Shown: positions 1 to 9,409, counted from the first letter of the stretch. The stretch: 64,000 nt of DNA from Aneurinibacillus sp. (GCA_020725425.1 DYFA01000027.1:24131-88130), one strand, 5' to 3'. Made by a program: numbers and translations. Notes: generated by a model not told the origin, from the letters alone.

Positions 1-37
1 CGGAAGTACCGAATCGTAATGGAAGTATTTACAGTCT

Positions 38-322
38 TTGAAGAGGATAAGCGCCCTTGCCCGAAACAAGTTCGGGGAGCAGACCAAAGGGGCGCTGCTC
101 ACCCTGCTGTCGACCCTCTTCCGGCGGGGGGACGTGGTCTGCCCGTGGGATTCTCGGTGGTGCCTCGTGCAACTGACGGGGATCGAGCAGAAAGCCGTCT
201 CGGTCGTCAAGCGCCGCCTGGAACGGGCTCTCAAGGGGCTGCCCTTCGTTCCTCCCACCCTCACCGTCCGGGTCGTCGAGCCGTCGGCCGAACCGGCTTC
301 CCTGGAAAACCTTCTCTCCTAG
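38..322 (+). CDS. Small hypothetical protein, possibly winged-helix-like
   Basis: TTG-initiated 94-aa ORF with a protein-like composition, near the window edge and in a lower-GC stretch. The other frame (19..345) reads as Arg/Pro-rich junk. No family recognised. Confidence 0.25.
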   Translation: MKRISALARNKFGEQTKGALLTLLSTLFRRGDVVCPWDSRWCLVQLTGIEQKAVSVVKRRLERALKGLPFVPPTLTVRVVEPSAEPASLENLLS

Positions 323-623
323 ACTCGAACGCCCCCTCTCTTTGAGATTCCTCTGAGAGTCAACAAGAGCCCCCCAAGTTACCGGGGCGAAAAGCTGCAG
401 TGAGGGGCAGTTCACCCTGGGCCGAGGAGTGGGAGAAATGTGAGACCGCTTTGAGAGTCGTCTGGCATAGTGTAGCTACCAGGCCTCACAGGCCTTCCCG
501 GAAGATGAATAAGTTGCCACCTGAGGTATTACACTAGAACCACTGCACTCGGATCGCTGTGCACCAAGCCGAGGGCTGACCGGGGCGCCGTTCCGGTGGG
601 CAAGGACAAAGAGGTGGAAGAAT

Positions 624-1949
624 GTGACCGGGTGGTGGGGGCGCCTCGTGAGAGCTTCAGCCGGGTCCCTGGCGACCTGGTTGATTTTCGCCCTGCTCCA
701 CGCCACCCCCGTTCAGGCCGGGGACCTCGGTCGCATCTTCCAGCGTGATCCGGTCACGGGCGCGTGGGTCCGGCTCCCGTCCGTCAACGACCTGGCCGTT
801 CTCACAAGCACCGGCGCTCCGGCCGGTGGCGCCTGCAATAATCAGAATCGGCCGACGCTCTTCACGAACCGAGTCAAGGTGGAAATGTCCGTGTCGAAGC
901 TCAGCGTCCCGACGCTCGCTTCCCCCGACGAGCTGGGGGCCAGGCCTGTGGACCTGACCTCGCCGGAACTGGGCACGACCAGCTCGGAGGTCACCTTCGT
1001 CGAGGACTTCCAGCCGCGGTCGCCGGCGATCAGTCTGCAGCCGGCCCAGTACGGCTACCTCGCCGGCTTCCGGGTCCCGGAGGACCTCCGGGTGGAATGG
1101 CAGGTGGTTCTGACAGTCAAGAACAACCTGGACGGGGAAATCACGGGCCTCACGGTGACTGAACACCTCAACGCGGAACTGGACTACCACCCGGACACGG
1201 TCAGCGTCACTTCGGGACTCCCAGCCCCGGTTTTCGAACGGAGCGGGAACTTGAAAGTGACTTGGACGATCCCTGGCCTGGGGCCGGGCGCCGAGGCCCG
1301 GCTGAGCTTCACCATCTACAGCCGGCTCAGGAACGCTCACCAGCAGTACAGCGAGCCCACGCCGCCGGAGGGGCCGCCCTACTTCCTGAACTCCGGAGCC
1401 ACCTTAAAGTATTACCGCCTGGGCGTGAAAAGCAGCTTGGAGTTGCCGGCGATCCCCGTCTGGGTCGAGGAGGGCGGATACCTCCGAGTGAGCCTGAGCG
1501 CCACCCGCTACGACTGGCAAGTCCGCAAGCCGGGTACCTTCGCCGCAGATCCGGTGGAGATCGGCGTGTACTCGAACAGAAAGGTGTCGGTGATCTTCAG
1601 CGGGTTTGCCGATTTAGCCGCTGTTTCGCCGGGTCATACGGGGGCCATACCCACCTTCTACGGGTTCGGGAACACGCTGGACGAGGTCGAGAACACGGGG
1701 TGGATACGTGCGCAGGACCTGAACGTCCGGCGGCTTGAGACTGCTGCTGCGGAAAGCGGGACGACTGCGGTGTGGAAGCTGTGGCCGAAACTGAAGGTCA
1801 GCGGGCGGGAGCGCGCCGGGGAATACGAGGATGTAGGCTGCCTGACCTTCATTCTTTGCGAGACCTCGGCTTACATAGAGACCCAGGATACCCTGCTTCG
1901 GACTTCACTGCTTGAGGGGGTGAACCTGCCTGATCCAGACCGACTTTGA
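624..1949 (+). CDS. Secreted protein with a DUF11-like repeat domain and a C-terminal domain paralogous to the next gene
   Basis: GTG start preceded by a GAGGTGG ribosome-binding site. N-terminal signal peptide. Mid-region motif VVLTVKNN..ITGLTVTEHL..TVSVTSG resembles DUF11/CARDB-like repeats. The C-terminal block (YDWQVRKPGTFAAD...FADLA...KLW) is shared with ORF 2045..2728. Confidence 0.6.
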   Translation: MTGWWGRLVRASAGSLATWLIFALLHATPVQAGDLGRIFQRDPVTGAWVRLPSVNDLAVLTSTGAPAGGACNNQNRPTLFTNRVKVEMSVSKLSVPTLASPDELGARPVDLTSPELGTTSSEVTFVEDFQPRSPAISLQPAQYGYLAGFRVPEDLRVEWQVVLTVKNNLDGEITGLTVTEHLNAELDYHPDTVSVTSGLPAPVFERSGNLKVTWTIPGLGPGAEARLSFTIYSRLRNAHQQYSEPTPPEGPPYFLNSGATLKYYRLGVKSSLELPAIPVWVEEGGYLRVSLSATRYDWQVRKPGTFAADPVEIGVYSNRKVSVIFSGFADLAAVSPGHTGAIPTFYGFGNTLDEVENTGWIRAQDLNVRRLETAAAESGTTAVWKLWPKLKVSGRERAGEYEDVGCLTFILCETSAYIETQDTLLRTSLLEGVNLPDPDRL

Positions 1950-2044
1950 CTCCTGATGCATGATCAAACCTTCTCGGAGGCTTTGGGAAGGGCCGCCGGA
2001 GGAGGGCACTAGGTGCAAGGGTAACAAGAAAAGGAGTGTTGAGA

Positions 2045-2728
2045 GGAATGAAGAAGGCCATTTTTGGGGCGATCTTGCTGGCATGCCTGCTTTCCGTGTC
2101 CACCGTCGCGCTGGCTGCTCTTCCTGGCCAGGTCACAGTCTATGTGCCTTCCGAAAACGGCTGGGCCGCGCTGAGCAAAGAGGATCCGGCCTCACTGGCG
2201 AGAGCGTTCACCTCCATCCCGGCCCTCAATAGGTCATGCGATAAGGCGACTTGGACAGAAACGTTCACCAACCATGCCTCAGTCACGCAATGGCTCAATT
2301 ACTCGTTTGCCGGAACCCGGTGGGACTGGCAGGTCCGGAAGCCGGGGATTTTCGCAGCGGACTGCATCTCGTTCACCATCCAGAGCAACGACGATGTAGT
2401 GGTGACCTTCGCTGATTTTGCTGACCTCGAGCCGCAGGTTCATGAGGGGGCGGCCCCGATTCCGGTCGCCTACAGCTTCGGCGACACCGTTGAGGATGCT
2501 ACGGCCAACGGCTGGGTACCGGCAGCAGAGCTCAACGAGAAGGAGATCACCTTGCCCTACGAAGTGGTCGCGGGCGGCGTGAATTACAAGCTGTGGAACA
2601 AGATCGTGGTCGACCAGACCACCCGCGCCTGCGACTACGAGGACAGCGGGACCATCACTATCGCGCTGACCGACGTCAAGCCGTTTGTCGATCCTGCGGA
2701 CGGCGAATACTGGGACCTCATCTACTAG
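2045..2728 (+). CDS. Small secreted protein made of the same domain as the C-terminus of the upstream gene
   Basis: ATG preceded by an AAGGAG ribosome-binding site. Signal peptide MKKAIFGAILLACLLSVSTVALA. Shares RWDWQVRKPGIFAAD, FADFADLEP, GW..A.ELN and YKLWNKIVV...YEDSG with the C-terminal domain of 624..1949. Confidence 0.6.
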   Translation, partial: GMKKAIFGAILLACLLSVSTVALAALPGQVTVYVPSENGWAALSKEDPASLARAFTSIPALNRSCDKATWTETFTNHASVTQWLNYSFAGTRWDWQVRKPGIFAADCISFTIQSNDDVVVTFADFADLEPQVHEGAAPIPVAYSFGDTVEDATANGWVPAAELNEKEITLPYEVVAGGVNYKLWNKIVVDQTTRACDYEDSGTITIALTDVKPFVDPADGEYWDLIY

Positions 2729-2809
2729 TGTCCCGGCTTCCCTTGTCCGGCGGCCCTTCCCAAGGCCTTTGAGACTGGAGTGACTTGGAGTGGAGGAGGA
2801 TATCAGAGG

Positions 2810-4525
2810 GTGACTTCAACCCGGCTATCGCGATGGATGCGTGCACTGTCAGTGTTGGCAATCATGTTGCTTACCACGTCGTCAGGGTTAGGGGCCGGCT
2901 TGAACCTGCAAATCAGTCCACCGATGGCGGAGTTGTTTCTTGAACCAGGCGGGGAGAGGTCTCTTGACGTAGCGATCGAGAACGCGAGCGAGAGCGAAGC
3001 GGCCAGCATCCGGACCCGGCTCTTGCCTGTCGTCCAAGAACGCAAAGGGAACTATCGGGTGGCGTCCGAGCAAGAGATTCCGCCAGGAACGGCATTATCC
3101 TGGTTCCAGTTCTCATCTGAACAGTTCACCCTTCCCCCACGGAGCGCCGAGTCGGTGAACGTGAAGGTCAAGCTCCCCCGAAACGCCAGCGGAAGCCAGG
3201 CGGCTGCGCTGGTCTTCGAAGTCCTGCCGGGGACTGGGCAGGGACGTTCGGAAGGGGCCGTAGGAGGCAGCACGACGTTTGTGCACCAACTCACTTCGAT
3301 TGTCAAAGTCACCGCGAACAGCAGGGCCAACCGGAAAGCCGCCTCCATCTCCGGTCTAGCTGTGGTCAATGGGGCATCCGACCAACGTTTCCGGTCTTAC
3401 GGCGAAGAAGCGCTCGCAGTGATCTGCTCCATCGCCAACGAGGGCAACGTCTTTGTCTCGAGCCAGGGACGCTTGCTCATCAGGAACGCCGCCGGGCGAC
3501 GCATCAAAGATCTTCCCCTCAGTGATGGACGGGGTGTCATATTGCCTGGTTCGACAGTGGACCTGGTGACGATTATTCCGAAGGGGCTGCCGGAGGGCGA
3601 CTATACTGCCGAAGTCTCTGTCCGCTACGGAGGACTCCGGCCGCTTCAGGCGAGGATGCCCTTTCACGTGGCTGGCAGGAAGGCCGCGGTTGGGGAGCCG
3701 CAGGTGGCCTCGACGGTCCGGCTATTGGTTGCTCCGGAGGAAGTTGGTACCCAGCTTCCTCAGGGGGCTTTCCGGGGTTTCACGTTCAGCCTGGCAAACC
3801 TGGACAAGAGCCCCGTACAGGTATGCGGGGCCATCAAAGGGTTGGAATCGGACGAGAATGGCGGACTCATACCGGTTGACGAGCCTTCGGGGCGGTGGTC
3901 GGCAGCAAGCTGGATCAGCCTGGAACAGCACGTCATCCGCCTGGGGCCGGGAGAGAAGAAAAACTTGCGCCTGACGGCCAGCGTTCCTAAGGAAGCAACC
4001 GACGGAACCCGTTATGCCATGCTGGTTTTGGAAGCGACGCTGGAACAGCAGGGAGAATCCGGCACGGTGACCACCATCAGCACTCCGATTGTCATCACCA
4101 CTGGCAAGAATCTGACCAGGAAGGCTGAACTCACAGACACCAGGATTGCCGTGATCGAAGAATCGGGATTGCTATTGGTCGGTGCTACTCTGAAGAACCA
4201 AGGCAACACCCACTTGGCGCCTTCCGGCAAGGTCGTCCTGCGGCGGCGGGGAGTCACCCCTGCCCTTTCGGGAGGGATCGAGTATCTCGGTGAAGCCAAA
4301 TTCGAAGACGTAGCGACCATCCCGTTGCAGGAGACATCAGGCTGGCTCCTTCCCGACCATGCGCGACCGGTCGCGGCGGTGTATGATAAGCCCCTCGAAC
4401 TGGGCGAGTACCAGGGGGAGATTATTGTCGATATCGGAGACAAGCTTCCGCTGAGGGCAACGGTAACGTTCATGGTCGCCCCCCAAGGGACGGACATGAG
4501 GAAGTCCCCGGGTTCCGCCAACTAG
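2810..4525 (+). CDS. Secreted protein with an internally duplicated beta-rich domain
   Basis: GTG at 2810 lies 9 nt after GGAGGAGGA. Signal peptide (TSTRLSRWMRALSVLAIMLLTTSSGLGAG). The two halves share the pattern S.QE..PGT..S.F.FS...FTLPPRSAESVNVKV / R..SVPKEATDGTRYAMLVLE. The family is unknown. Confidence 0.55.
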   Translation: MTSTRLSRWMRALSVLAIMLLTTSSGLGAGLNLQISPPMAELFLEPGGERSLDVAIENASESEAASIRTRLLPVVQERKGNYRVASEQEIPPGTALSWFQFSSEQFTLPPRSAESVNVKVKLPRNASGSQAAALVFEVLPGTGQGRSEGAVGGSTTFVHQLTSIVKVTANSRANRKAASISGLAVVNGASDQRFRSYGEEALAVICSIANEGNVFVSSQGRLLIRNAAGRRIKDLPLSDGRGVILPGSTVDLVTIIPKGLPEGDYTAEVSVRYGGLRPLQARMPFHVAGRKAAVGEPQVASTVRLLVAPEEVGTQLPQGAFRGFTFSLANLDKSPVQVCGAIKGLESDENGGLIPVDEPSGRWSAASWISLEQHVIRLGPGEKKNLRLTASVPKEATDGTRYAMLVLEATLEQQGESGTVTTISTPIVITTGKNLTRKAELTDTRIAVIEESGLLLVGATLKNQGNTHLAPSGKVVLRRRGVTPALSGGIEYLGEAKFEDVATIPLQETSGWLLPDHARPVAAVYDKPLELGEYQGEIIVDIGDKLPLRATVTFMVAPQGTDMRKSPGSAN

Positions 4526-4545
4526 CCAGAAAGGGTGAAAACAGA

Positions 4546-5808
4546 GTGAGAACTCATCGGGTTCACGCCGTATGGTGGATCTCCATCCTACTGATCGGGC
4601 TGGCGGCGGTGAGTGTAGGTGTCCGGGCGGAGCCCCCGGTGACAAACGTTTTCGACAACACGTTCTTGGTTGACGCGCTGCGCGATATTTCCGCCCAGAC
4701 CGGCGTTCCGATCGTCGCCGACTCAACGGTTCAGGGTCAGGTGACCATGACGCTGGAGAATGTCCCCTTGGAAGAGGCGCTCAACCGAGTGTTGGCCCCG
4801 GCAGGCTTGGTGTACCGCCGGATAAACGACTACTATCTGGTCGGTGCCCCAGATCCCAAGAACCCGTCTTTCCTTCTGCTTAGCCGCACGGAGACGGTGA
4901 AGATGCGCTACACCAAAGCGGGAAGTGCCGCCAGGCTTATATCGGACGCGGTCAGCCAGTATGTCAAAGTAGATGTCGACAACAACGCTCTCGTTCTGAC
5001 TGCTCCTGATCCCATTCTGACCCGGATCAAGGCAGACCTGGCAGTGATCGACCGGCCCATCCCGCAGATCATGATCGAAGCCCTGGTGGTGGACGTCTCA
5101 AACGAGGGACGCAAGAACCTCGGGCTCGATTGGGGATGGGAGCACAAGGGGATGGTACGTACCGACACTCCCCGGTCGGGTACGGCGGTCATGGAAGCAT
5201 TGGCGGCGAGCATCGGATACATTCCCGCCGGGGGATTGAACGAGTTTGTCGTAAAGCTCAAGGCGACGTGTGAAAAGGGCCAGGCCAAGATTGAGGCCAA
5301 CCCCCGGGTGGCGACGCTGGACGGCCAGACGGCGGAGATCTTCGTCGGGCGAGACCGGTACTACAACCTGACGACCGGCATCGAGACCAATATGACGGCC
5401 CGGCTCGAGTCGATCAAGACCGGGATCACGCTGAAGCTCCTCCCCCAGGTGGGCGACAACGGCGAGATCACCGTGCGGATCGAGCCGGAGGTCAGCGATG
5501 TGGTGGGCGACAGCACGACCAACGGGACCTACCCCGTGATCAGCCGCCGCAAGGTCAGCACGACGGTGCGGGTCAAGACGGGCGAGAGCATCGTGCTCGG
5601 CGGGCTATTGCAGAGAACGGAACACAAGGTTGTCACCCGGGTGCCGATCCTCGGTTACATCCCGGTCCTTAACCTCCTGTTCAGTTCGACCAAGACGGTT
5701 CAGGAGGAAGGAGAGGTGCTCATCGTCATCACGCCGTATCTGGTGGGCGGCCCGGATACGCCGTCGGGCCGGGTGCCGGTGCTCATGACCCCGTCAACCA
5801 CCAATTAG
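4546..5808 (+). CDS. Secretin-family outer-membrane channel (GspD/PilQ/CpaC-like, short form)
   Basis: Signal peptide and secretin N-domains (FLVDALRDISAQTGVPIV...VTMTLENVPLEEALNRVL). Canonical C-terminal secretin block IEANPRVATLDGQTAEIFVG...VSTTVRVKTGESIVLGGLL...VPILGYIPVLNLLFSS...VLIVITPYLV. Confidence 0.8.
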   Translation: MRTHRVHAVWWISILLIGLAAVSVGVRAEPPVTNVFDNTFLVDALRDISAQTGVPIVADSTVQGQVTMTLENVPLEEALNRVLAPAGLVYRRINDYYLVGAPDPKNPSFLLLSRTETVKMRYTKAGSAARLISDAVSQYVKVDVDNNALVLTAPDPILTRIKADLAVIDRPIPQIMIEALVVDVSNEGRKNLGLDWGWEHKGMVRTDTPRSGTAVMEALAASIGYIPAGGLNEFVVKLKATCEKGQAKIEANPRVATLDGQTAEIFVGRDRYYNLTTGIETNMTARLESIKTGITLKLLPQVGDNGEITVRIEPEVSDVVGDSTTNGTYPVISRRKVSTTVRVKTGESIVLGGLLQRTEHKVVTRVPILGYIPVLNLLFSSTKTVQEEGEVLIVITPYLVGGPDTPSGRVPVLMTPSTTN

Positions 5809-5905
5809 CCTCGCTCGAGATTGAGAGGATGGCGTCACCGGCGGGTGGCGGCGTCCTTTGTATCAATAACTTTACTCAAACTTTACACGCAAAGCAGGAA
5901 ACGGG

Positions 5906-6730
5906 GTGGCTCCGGCAAATACTCCGGTAATGCGGGCGGTGGAGGTGGGTGTGGTGGACGCCCCGGCGGTAGTCACTTTTTTGGTCGGGTGGCTTAAGCA
6001 GCAAGTCGAGGCGAGCAAGACGGAGGGAGTCGTCTTCGGTCTGTCCGGCGGAATTGACTCGGCGGTGGTGGGCGCTCTGTGTAAGCAGGCGGTCCCGGAA
6101 CGCTGCCAGGGGCTGATCATGCCGTGCCACTCCGACCCCCGCGACCGGGAGGACGCGCTGGCGGTCGCCCGGCTCTTCGGCATCCCCGTCCAGACGGTGG
6201 ACCTGAGCCCGGTCTACGACCTGCACCTGGCGGCGCTGCGCCAGAGCCTGGCGGCGGCAGAACAGGAGCAGGGGCCGGGGCTCGCGGTGGACAGGCGGGC
6301 CAGCCTCGCTGAGGCCAACCTGAAGCCGCGCTTACGGATGGCGACTCTCTACTTTTTCGCCAACAGCTTAAACTACCTGGTGGTAGGCACGGGGAACCGG
6401 AGCGAGCTGACCGTCGGGTACTTCACCAAGTACGGCGACGGCGGGGTGGACCTCCTGCCTCTCGGCAGCCTGGTCAAAACCCAGGTGCGCCAGCTGGCGG
6501 AGCATCTCGGCCTCCCGCGACGGGTGATCGACAAGCCTCCCTCAGCCGGCCTGTGGGAGGGGCAGACGGATGAGGGGGAGATGGGCACCTCCTACGCCGA
6601 GTTGGACCGGTACATCCTGGAGGGCGTGGCCGCTGGAGCAGTGCGGGCCAAGGTCGAGCGCATGAGCCGGGCGGCCGCGCACAAGCTGACCCTGCCGCTG
6701 ATTCCGGAACTGCCCGAGGAATTCTTGTAA
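5906..6730 (+). CDS. nadE: NH3-dependent NAD+ synthetase
   Basis: PP-loop motif VFGLSGGIDSAVV and typical NadE length and C-terminus. Confidence 0.85.
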   Translation: MAPANTPVMRAVEVGVVDAPAVVTFLVGWLKQQVEASKTEGVVFGLSGGIDSAVVGALCKQAVPERCQGLIMPCHSDPRDREDALAVARLFGIPVQTVDLSPVYDLHLAALRQSLAAAEQEQGPGLAVDRRASLAEANLKPRLRMATLYFFANSLNYLVVGTGNRSELTVGYFTKYGDGGVDLLPLGSLVKTQVRQLAEHLGLPRRVIDKPPSAGLWEGQTDEGEMGTSYAELDRYILEGVAAGAVRAKVERMSRAAAHKLTLPLIPELPEEFL

Positions 6731-6731
6731 A

Positions 6732-7691
6732 GTGAAGAAAGGGTTCATCTTCCCTATCCTCTCCGCGACTCTCTGGGGTTTCACCGGGACAGTTGCCAAG
6801 CTGCTCTTCCGAGGCACCACCAGCCCGTTGGCGCTGGTCGAAGTGAGGCTGACCCTCTCCGCCGCGCTGCTCGGGCTGTTCCTCGGTGTGGTGCAGCGCC
6901 GGCTGCTCCTTCTTTCGGCCCGGGACATCCCCTACTTCATAGTGTTGGGCGTGGCCGGCATGGCTGGCGTGCAGTTCACCTACCTCTTCACCATCAGTCA
7001 GACCACGGTGGCCACGGCGGTGTTCCTCCAGTCCCTCGCTCCCTCACTGATCTTCCTGCATGCCGCGCTCTTCAAGGGTGAACGGCTGACGGCGGGCAAG
7101 TTCACCGCGCTGGCCCTCACCCTCTGCGGGAGCATCCTGATGATCCAGGGCCGGGGCGGGGGGCGGGGGCTCTATCCCTGGGGGCTGGCCTCCGGCCTGG
7201 CGTCAGCCTTCTTTGCCGCCTTCTACACGATTTACAGCAAGCGCGCCCTGGCCCGCTACCATCCCCTGACGGTGAACTTCTGGGCGCTGGCGTTCGGGGC
7301 GGTGCCCTGGTGGTTCATCCTCCCGCCGGGACGCCTCCTGAGCGCGGGGTTCACCACCAACGACCTGTTCTTCTTCCTCTACATCGCCGTTTTCTCCACG
7401 GTGGTCCCCTTCACCCTCTACTTTCAGGGCCTGCGGGATCTGACGCCGGGGCAGGCAGGCATCATCTCCACCCTCGAGCCGGTGGTAGCCACTGCCACCG
7501 CCTATCTGGTGTTGGGGGAGCGACTGAGCCTGGCCCGGGGCACCGGCGGGGCCCTCGTCCTGCTTGGCATCTTGCTCCTCCGATTGCTTCCCTCAACAGA
7601 AGAGCTGCCCGCCGGGACGAGGCAGCGATTGAACAAGGAAGCCGGACTGACTGGCGGTCGGGCGATCAGGCGGGGAGAGAGGCGGCTGTAG
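6732..7691 (+). CDS. EamA/DMT-family membrane transporter
   Basis: About 10 predicted transmembrane helices in two EamA-like repeats. Confidence 0.65.
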   Translation: MKKGFIFPILSATLWGFTGTVAKLLFRGTTSPLALVEVRLTLSAALLGLFLGVVQRRLLLLSARDIPYFIVLGVAGMAGVQFTYLFTISQTTVATAVFLQSLAPSLIFLHAALFKGERLTAGKFTALALTLCGSILMIQGRGGGRGLYPWGLASGLASAFFAAFYTIYSKRALARYHPLTVNFWALAFGAVPWWFILPPGRLLSAGFTTNDLFFFLYIAVFSTVVPFTLYFQGLRDLTPGQAGIISTLEPVVATATAYLVLGERLSLARGTGGALVLLGILLLRLLPSTEELPAGTRQRLNKEAGLTGGRAIRRGERRL

Positions 7692-8109
7692 TGAAGTCGA
7701 GGACTTTCTCCAGATCGAGCACGATGACGAGGCGCTCATCGATCTTGGCGACACCCTTGATGAAGGCCGCGTCCACGCCGGAGGCGCTCTCCGGAGGGAG
7801 GTCGATCGCCGCCTCGTCCAGGCGCAGGACTTCGGTAACTGCATCCACCACGAAGCCCGCGATTTCTCCCTTGAGCTCACTCACCACGATGCGGGTTGCG
7901 TCATCGTTGGTCTCTTTGGGAAAGCCGAACCGCTGGCGCAGGCTGATGACGGGGATGATCTTGCCCCGCAGGTTGATAATCCCCAGGACGCTGGGCGGGG
8001 CCTTCGGGATAGCGGTGATGGGCACAAGGCGGATGATCTCCCGCACCTGGGCGATGGGCACCCCGAAGTCTTCCCCTGCCAGGTTGAACACGACGAGCTG
8101 AATCTCCAT
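7666..8109 (-). CDS. cheW: Chemotaxis coupling protein CheW
   Basis: Full CheW domain (MEIQLVVFNLAGEDFGVPIAQVREIIRLVPITAIPKAP..LGIINLRGKIIPVISL). ATG at 8109 is preceded by AAGGGGGG. The track ORF extends further 5' to 8202 without support. Confidence 0.85.
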   Translation of the reverse strand: MEIQLVVFNLAGEDFGVPIAQVREIIRLVPITAIPKAPPSVLGIINLRGKIIPVISLRQRFGFPKETNDDATRIVVSELKGEIAGFVVDAVTEVLRLDEAAIDLPPESASGVDAAFIKGVAKIDERLVIVLDLEKVLDFTTAASLPA

Positions 8110-8273
8110 GACGGCCCCCCCCCTTACTTGAGGGAGATTAAACGGCCACAGGCAAAATCCTGCGCGGCGGTGACCCGTTCTAGCCCTGCTGCTCCCTGCC
8201 AACGGAGGGCCAATCTACCGGCAGGAGGCCGTTGGCGGGAGCGCCAATAAAGAAAGGGAGAGGAGTTGCAGCC

Positions 8274-8954
8274 ATGAGTCGCAGCATCGTTCACCGCTTT
8301 CTCCTCGCCTCCGCGGTGTTGCTCTGTCTCGCCTTTCCGGCCACTCCGGCCGCGGCCGCCCCGGAGACCCCGGAGGTCCGCCGCGGTCACGGCGTCCTCG
8401 CCTTTACTGCCTTCACCCAGTCCGGCGAGGTCTTTCCCGAGCCCAGCCTGGAATTCGGCCCAGCCGTGGAGTATGGCCTGACCGATCGGGCAGCCGTGCG
8501 GGCCTTCTGGCACGAGCAAAGGTACAACGATCCGCGCTCCCGGGACAGCCGCCTGGCTGATCTCGGGCTCAAGTACGAAGTCACTCCGGACCTCGCCGTG
8601 GAGGGCTTCGTCGAATCCAACTGGGACGATCGCAACTCCGCGACCGTCTATGGCTTCGGGTTGTTTGCCGGAAAGCAGTTCGGGCGGGCGTACGGATCAG
8701 TTCGGTGGCAGGCTCTCGCGCTTCCCTACCTGGGAGAATACTACTGGTACGACCAGCTCGCGGCCACCGGGAGCTACGCCCTGACTCCCCAGCTCAACTT
8801 CCTCGGCGGTGTCACGGCCACCCTCGACGTGGGGATCGACTGGCGCGGTTCGTACGGCCTGGAGTGGCAGCCCGATTCAAACTGGGCAATATGCGTGAGC
8901 CGCTTCACCGACCGCCGCGACCTCACCCAGCTTGGGGTGGAGTACCGCTTCTAG
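8274..8954 (+). CDS. Putative outer-membrane beta-barrel protein
   Basis: ATG after an AAAGGGAGAGGAG ribosome-binding site, followed by a signal peptide. The alternating hydrophobic pattern and C-terminal ...LGVEYRF (terminal Phe) are typical of outer-membrane barrels. Confidence 0.45.
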   Translation: MSRSIVHRFLLASAVLLCLAFPATPAAAAPETPEVRRGHGVLAFTAFTQSGEVFPEPSLEFGPAVEYGLTDRAAVRAFWHEQRYNDPRSRDSRLADLGLKYEVTPDLAVEGFVESNWDDRNSATVYGFGLFAGKQFGRAYGSVRWQALALPYLGEYYWYDQLAATGSYALTPQLNFLGGVTATLDVGIDWRGSYGLEWQPDSNWAICVSRFTDRRDLTQLGVEYRF

Positions 8955-8989
8955 TCCCGCCGGCGCCCAGTCCTGGACGATCAAGGACT

Positions 8990-9409
8990 CTACGCCACTG
9001 GCACCCGGACCACGAGCCGCGCCGGCCCCTGCTGCTCGGTGCGGGCCGCCTCCGGACGGACCCGGGCCGGCAGGGGGACAGTCCGGTAGAAAGTCCGGTA
9101 GCACTGGGTGTGGTCCTGCCGGGTCTCCGCTTCGCCCCGGACAGTCAGGTAGTCGGCTGAGACGCTGACTTCCAGGCTGTCCGGCCGCGCCCCGGGGATT
9201 TCCACGGTGGCGACGACCTCCTGCCCCCTTCGTTCCGCCTCGATCCGGGGGAAGAACTCGTTCAGCTTCAGGGGGGCCCCGGCGCTCTCGGCCGCTCTGA
9301 CGACCGCCGCCATGGTCTGGGAGAACAGCCGGTCGAGCTCCTGCCAGAGGCGGGTGAAGCCCAGGTCCAGGGGGTCCGGGTTCTGCGGACCCTTGGCGAG
9401 TTCGCCCAT
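8990..9409 (-). CDS. Small heat shock protein, Hsp20/alpha-crystallin family
   Basis: Alpha-crystallin domain (EAERRGQEVVATVEIPGARPDSLEVSVSADYLTVRGE...). ATG at 9409 is preceded by GGGGAGGTGAG. Confidence 0.85.
   Translation of the reverse strand: MGELAKGPQNPDPLDLGFTRLWQELDRLFSQTMAAVVRAAESAGAPLKLNEFFPRIEAERRGQEVVATVEIPGARPDSLEVSVSADYLTVRGEAETRQDHTQCYRTFYRTVPLPARVRPEAARTEQQGPARLVVRVPVA

Noticed and set aside
4546-5808. Secretin as a filamentous-phage pIV (inovirus) gene
   Set aside because: The size fits pIV, but there are no phage-like small coat, Zot/pI or replication genes nearby. The flanking genes are large secreted proteins and nadE.
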